The notes beneath the pieces were generated by a model, which ran no database searches, was not told where the DNA came from, and worked only from the letters and a program-made list of their open reading frames with translations. Below, one piece after another: positions 62,777 to 64,000 of a DNA stretch of 64,000 nucleotides (positions within the stretch are counted from its first letter, which is position 1; the number at the start of each line of letters is the position of its first letter). Source of the stretch: a virus; the IMG/VR virus record IMGVR_UViG_3300042991_000483, positions 7,299 through 71,298 of that record, one strand, 5' to 3'. Position numbers and translations under genes: made by a program.

Positions 62777-63286
62777 CTATTCTATTCCTGCGTGTCTTTC
62801 TCTGTGGCAGTTAGCGCAGAGAAGAACGCATTTGTCCAACTCTGCCCTCATGCAGTCATTGAAGGACACACTCTTTTTCTTTGAGATAATGAAGTCTTTC
62901 TTGCTTGGGTCAGTGTGATGAAAATCCAAGGCACCAGTGAATTTGTCATACCCACACTTTTCACATTTTCCACCTTTGTAGTCTACAAACTGTTGCTTCT
63001 GCCTTTGTCCTCGGTCCCTGCACTCATCACTTGTACACTGCTTACAATACGACGAGGTATCTTTTCGATCCTCTCTCCTTACCATATAGAAGGCAGATAG
63101 TGGTCTTGTCTCTTTACATCTAGGACATCGTTTCACTCCAAGATTCTTTGGATATTGACTAGTGTTATGCTTTCCGAAGGGACTACAGGCTAGGCAGAAA
63201 CGCCGTTTACTAAAGTTTCGTTTCTTACCCTCTATCTCTACGAATATCGCGAACGCATCACCACACTTCTCACACGTTTTAGGCAT
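62777..63286 (-). CDS. HNH homing endonuclease
   Basis: KCEKCGY..ALDFHHTDP..ELDKCVLLCANCHRERH. Confidence 0.92.
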   Translation of the reverse strand: MPKTCEKCGDAFAIFVEIEGKKRNFSKRRFCLACSPFGKHNTSQYPKNLGVKRCPRCKETRPLSAFYMVRREDRKDTSSYCKQCTSDECRDRGQRQKQQFVDYKGGKCEKCGYDKFTGALDFHHTDPSKKDFIISKKKSVSFNDCMRAELDKCVLLCANCHRERHAGIE

Positions 63287-63342
63287 TTAGACCTCCTTGT
63301 CTAATTGTATATTCTCGTGGAGGTGTGTAGTTGAACTATTAT

Positions 63343-63424
63343 GCACCCGTAGCCGAGCGAGGCCCCGAACCTCGTATCCGTAATGTAGCTGCGAATGGAG
63401 GTTAAAGTCCTCTCGGGTGCTCCA
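63343..63424 (+). tRNA. tRNA-Arg(CCG), D-arm-less type
   Basis: gcacccg/cgggtgc-T-CCA; cgagg-ccCCGaa-cctcg. Confidence 0.65.
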
Positions 63425-63426
63425 AC

Positions 63427-63501
63427 GCTGTGGTCTTCTAAGACGCAGGATGCTTCTCTCACTAAGAAGCGATGGGGGTGCGAATCCTCCCCGCAGCACC
63501 A
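63427..63501 (+). tRNA. tRNA-Val(CAC)
   Basis: gctgtgg/ccgcagc-A-CCA; cttct-ctCACta-agaag. Confidence 0.85.
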
Positions 63502-63546
63502 TCACGCTATCTTTATCCGGGCTTAACTCAGCGGAATAGCTTTCAC

Positions 63547-63621
63547 CTGCCCGTAATTCAGTGGTAGAATCCAATTCTTACAAAATTGGGGTCGGTGGTT
63601 CGAGTCCACCCGGGCAGACCA
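63547..63621 (+). tRNA. tRNA-Val(TAC)
   Basis: ctgcccg/cgggcag-A-CCA; caatt-ctTACaa-aattg. Confidence 0.92.
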
Positions 63622-63683
63622 TAAAATACAACGTTCAATTCGTTCTCTCTGCACCAAAAAGAATATACGGATAGAGGTGTCAA

Positions 63684-63875
63684 ATGCCCTGTCCTGTTTG
63701 TGATCGTCCCACTAAAAAGGACGAAAGTTCTGTTCTAAGTCTTGCAGCAATAAGTGGATTGCCCAACATAGAGTCGTTCGCCGCCGTCTGACCATCTGCT
63801 CAGTTTGCTCTGACCCAGTTGAGGCGTTTCCAAACGTCCATATTGTTTATTGCCCTTCATGCAAACAAAAGAGGG
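63684..63875 (+). pseudogene. Frameshifted, truncated Zn-finger endonuclease (paralog of 55592)
   Basis: MPCPVCDRPTK, then a frame change in an A5 run to GRKFCSKSCSNKWIAQHR, matching KRFCGRPCSNRWIATHR of the 55592 ORF. Confidence 0.7.
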
Positions 63876-64000
63876 GGCATCGCCCAGAGCTTCTCCTTCG
63901 TCGCCCAGCCCCAGGGCAACGGCATCGCCGAACGCTTCATCAAGACGCTCAAGCAGCAGAGCATCTACGGCCACGTCTTCCGAAACGCCCAGGAGGTCTA
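63875..64000 (+). mobile_element. Internal fragment of an IS3/IS481-type DDE transposase
   Basis: GIAQSFSFVAQPQGNGIAERFIKTLKQQSIYGHVFRNAQEV; abrupt rise in GC. Confidence 0.75.

Noticed and set aside
63343-63424. tRNA-Thr(CGT) reading
   Set aside because: No stem flanks ctCGTat; the paired stem cgagg/cctcg centres the loop on CCG
1-64000. Stop-codon reassignment
   Set aside because: Conserved genes are full length in the standard code and end in TAA, TAG and TGA; no suppressor anticodon seen

Overview
This window is part of a large T4-like (Caudoviricetes) phage genome of roughly 50% GC (estimated by eye). The host is probably Gram-negative, since the phage encodes an outer-membrane beta-barrel. 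Region 1-25260 (minus strand) is the head and packaging module: gp23-like capsid, scaffold, gp21 protease, gp20 portal and a large terminase divided by an atypically split intein, plus a gp55-like sigma factor, RecA/UvsX, HU, class II RNR and a nucleotidyltransferase-RNA ligase fusion. A 14-bp tandem repeat sits at the strand switch (about 25350). Region 25647-47788 (mostly plus strand) is the replication and recombination module. It includes a family A polymerase split into two genes 8.8 kb apart, and a Ro60/TROVE gene split by an HNH gene and preceded by four Y-RNA-like units. Region 52000-63700 holds about 30 tRNA and tRNA-like genes plus other structured RNAs. The strongest candidate for a new system is that each of the two tRNA operons is preceded by a ribosome-dependent attenuator (MKTM leader peptide, antiterminator, terminator). 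The codons of each leader match the tRNAs downstream, and the two leaders are nearly complementary in composition, suggesting a tRNA-shortage sensor that switches on replacement phage tRNAs. The arrays also contain D-arm-rewired tRNAs, anticodon-less tRNA mimics and an RNA resembling the L11-binding domain of 23S rRNA. All calls come from reading motifs and base-pairing by eye; no database searches or folding programs were run, so novelty claims are unverified.
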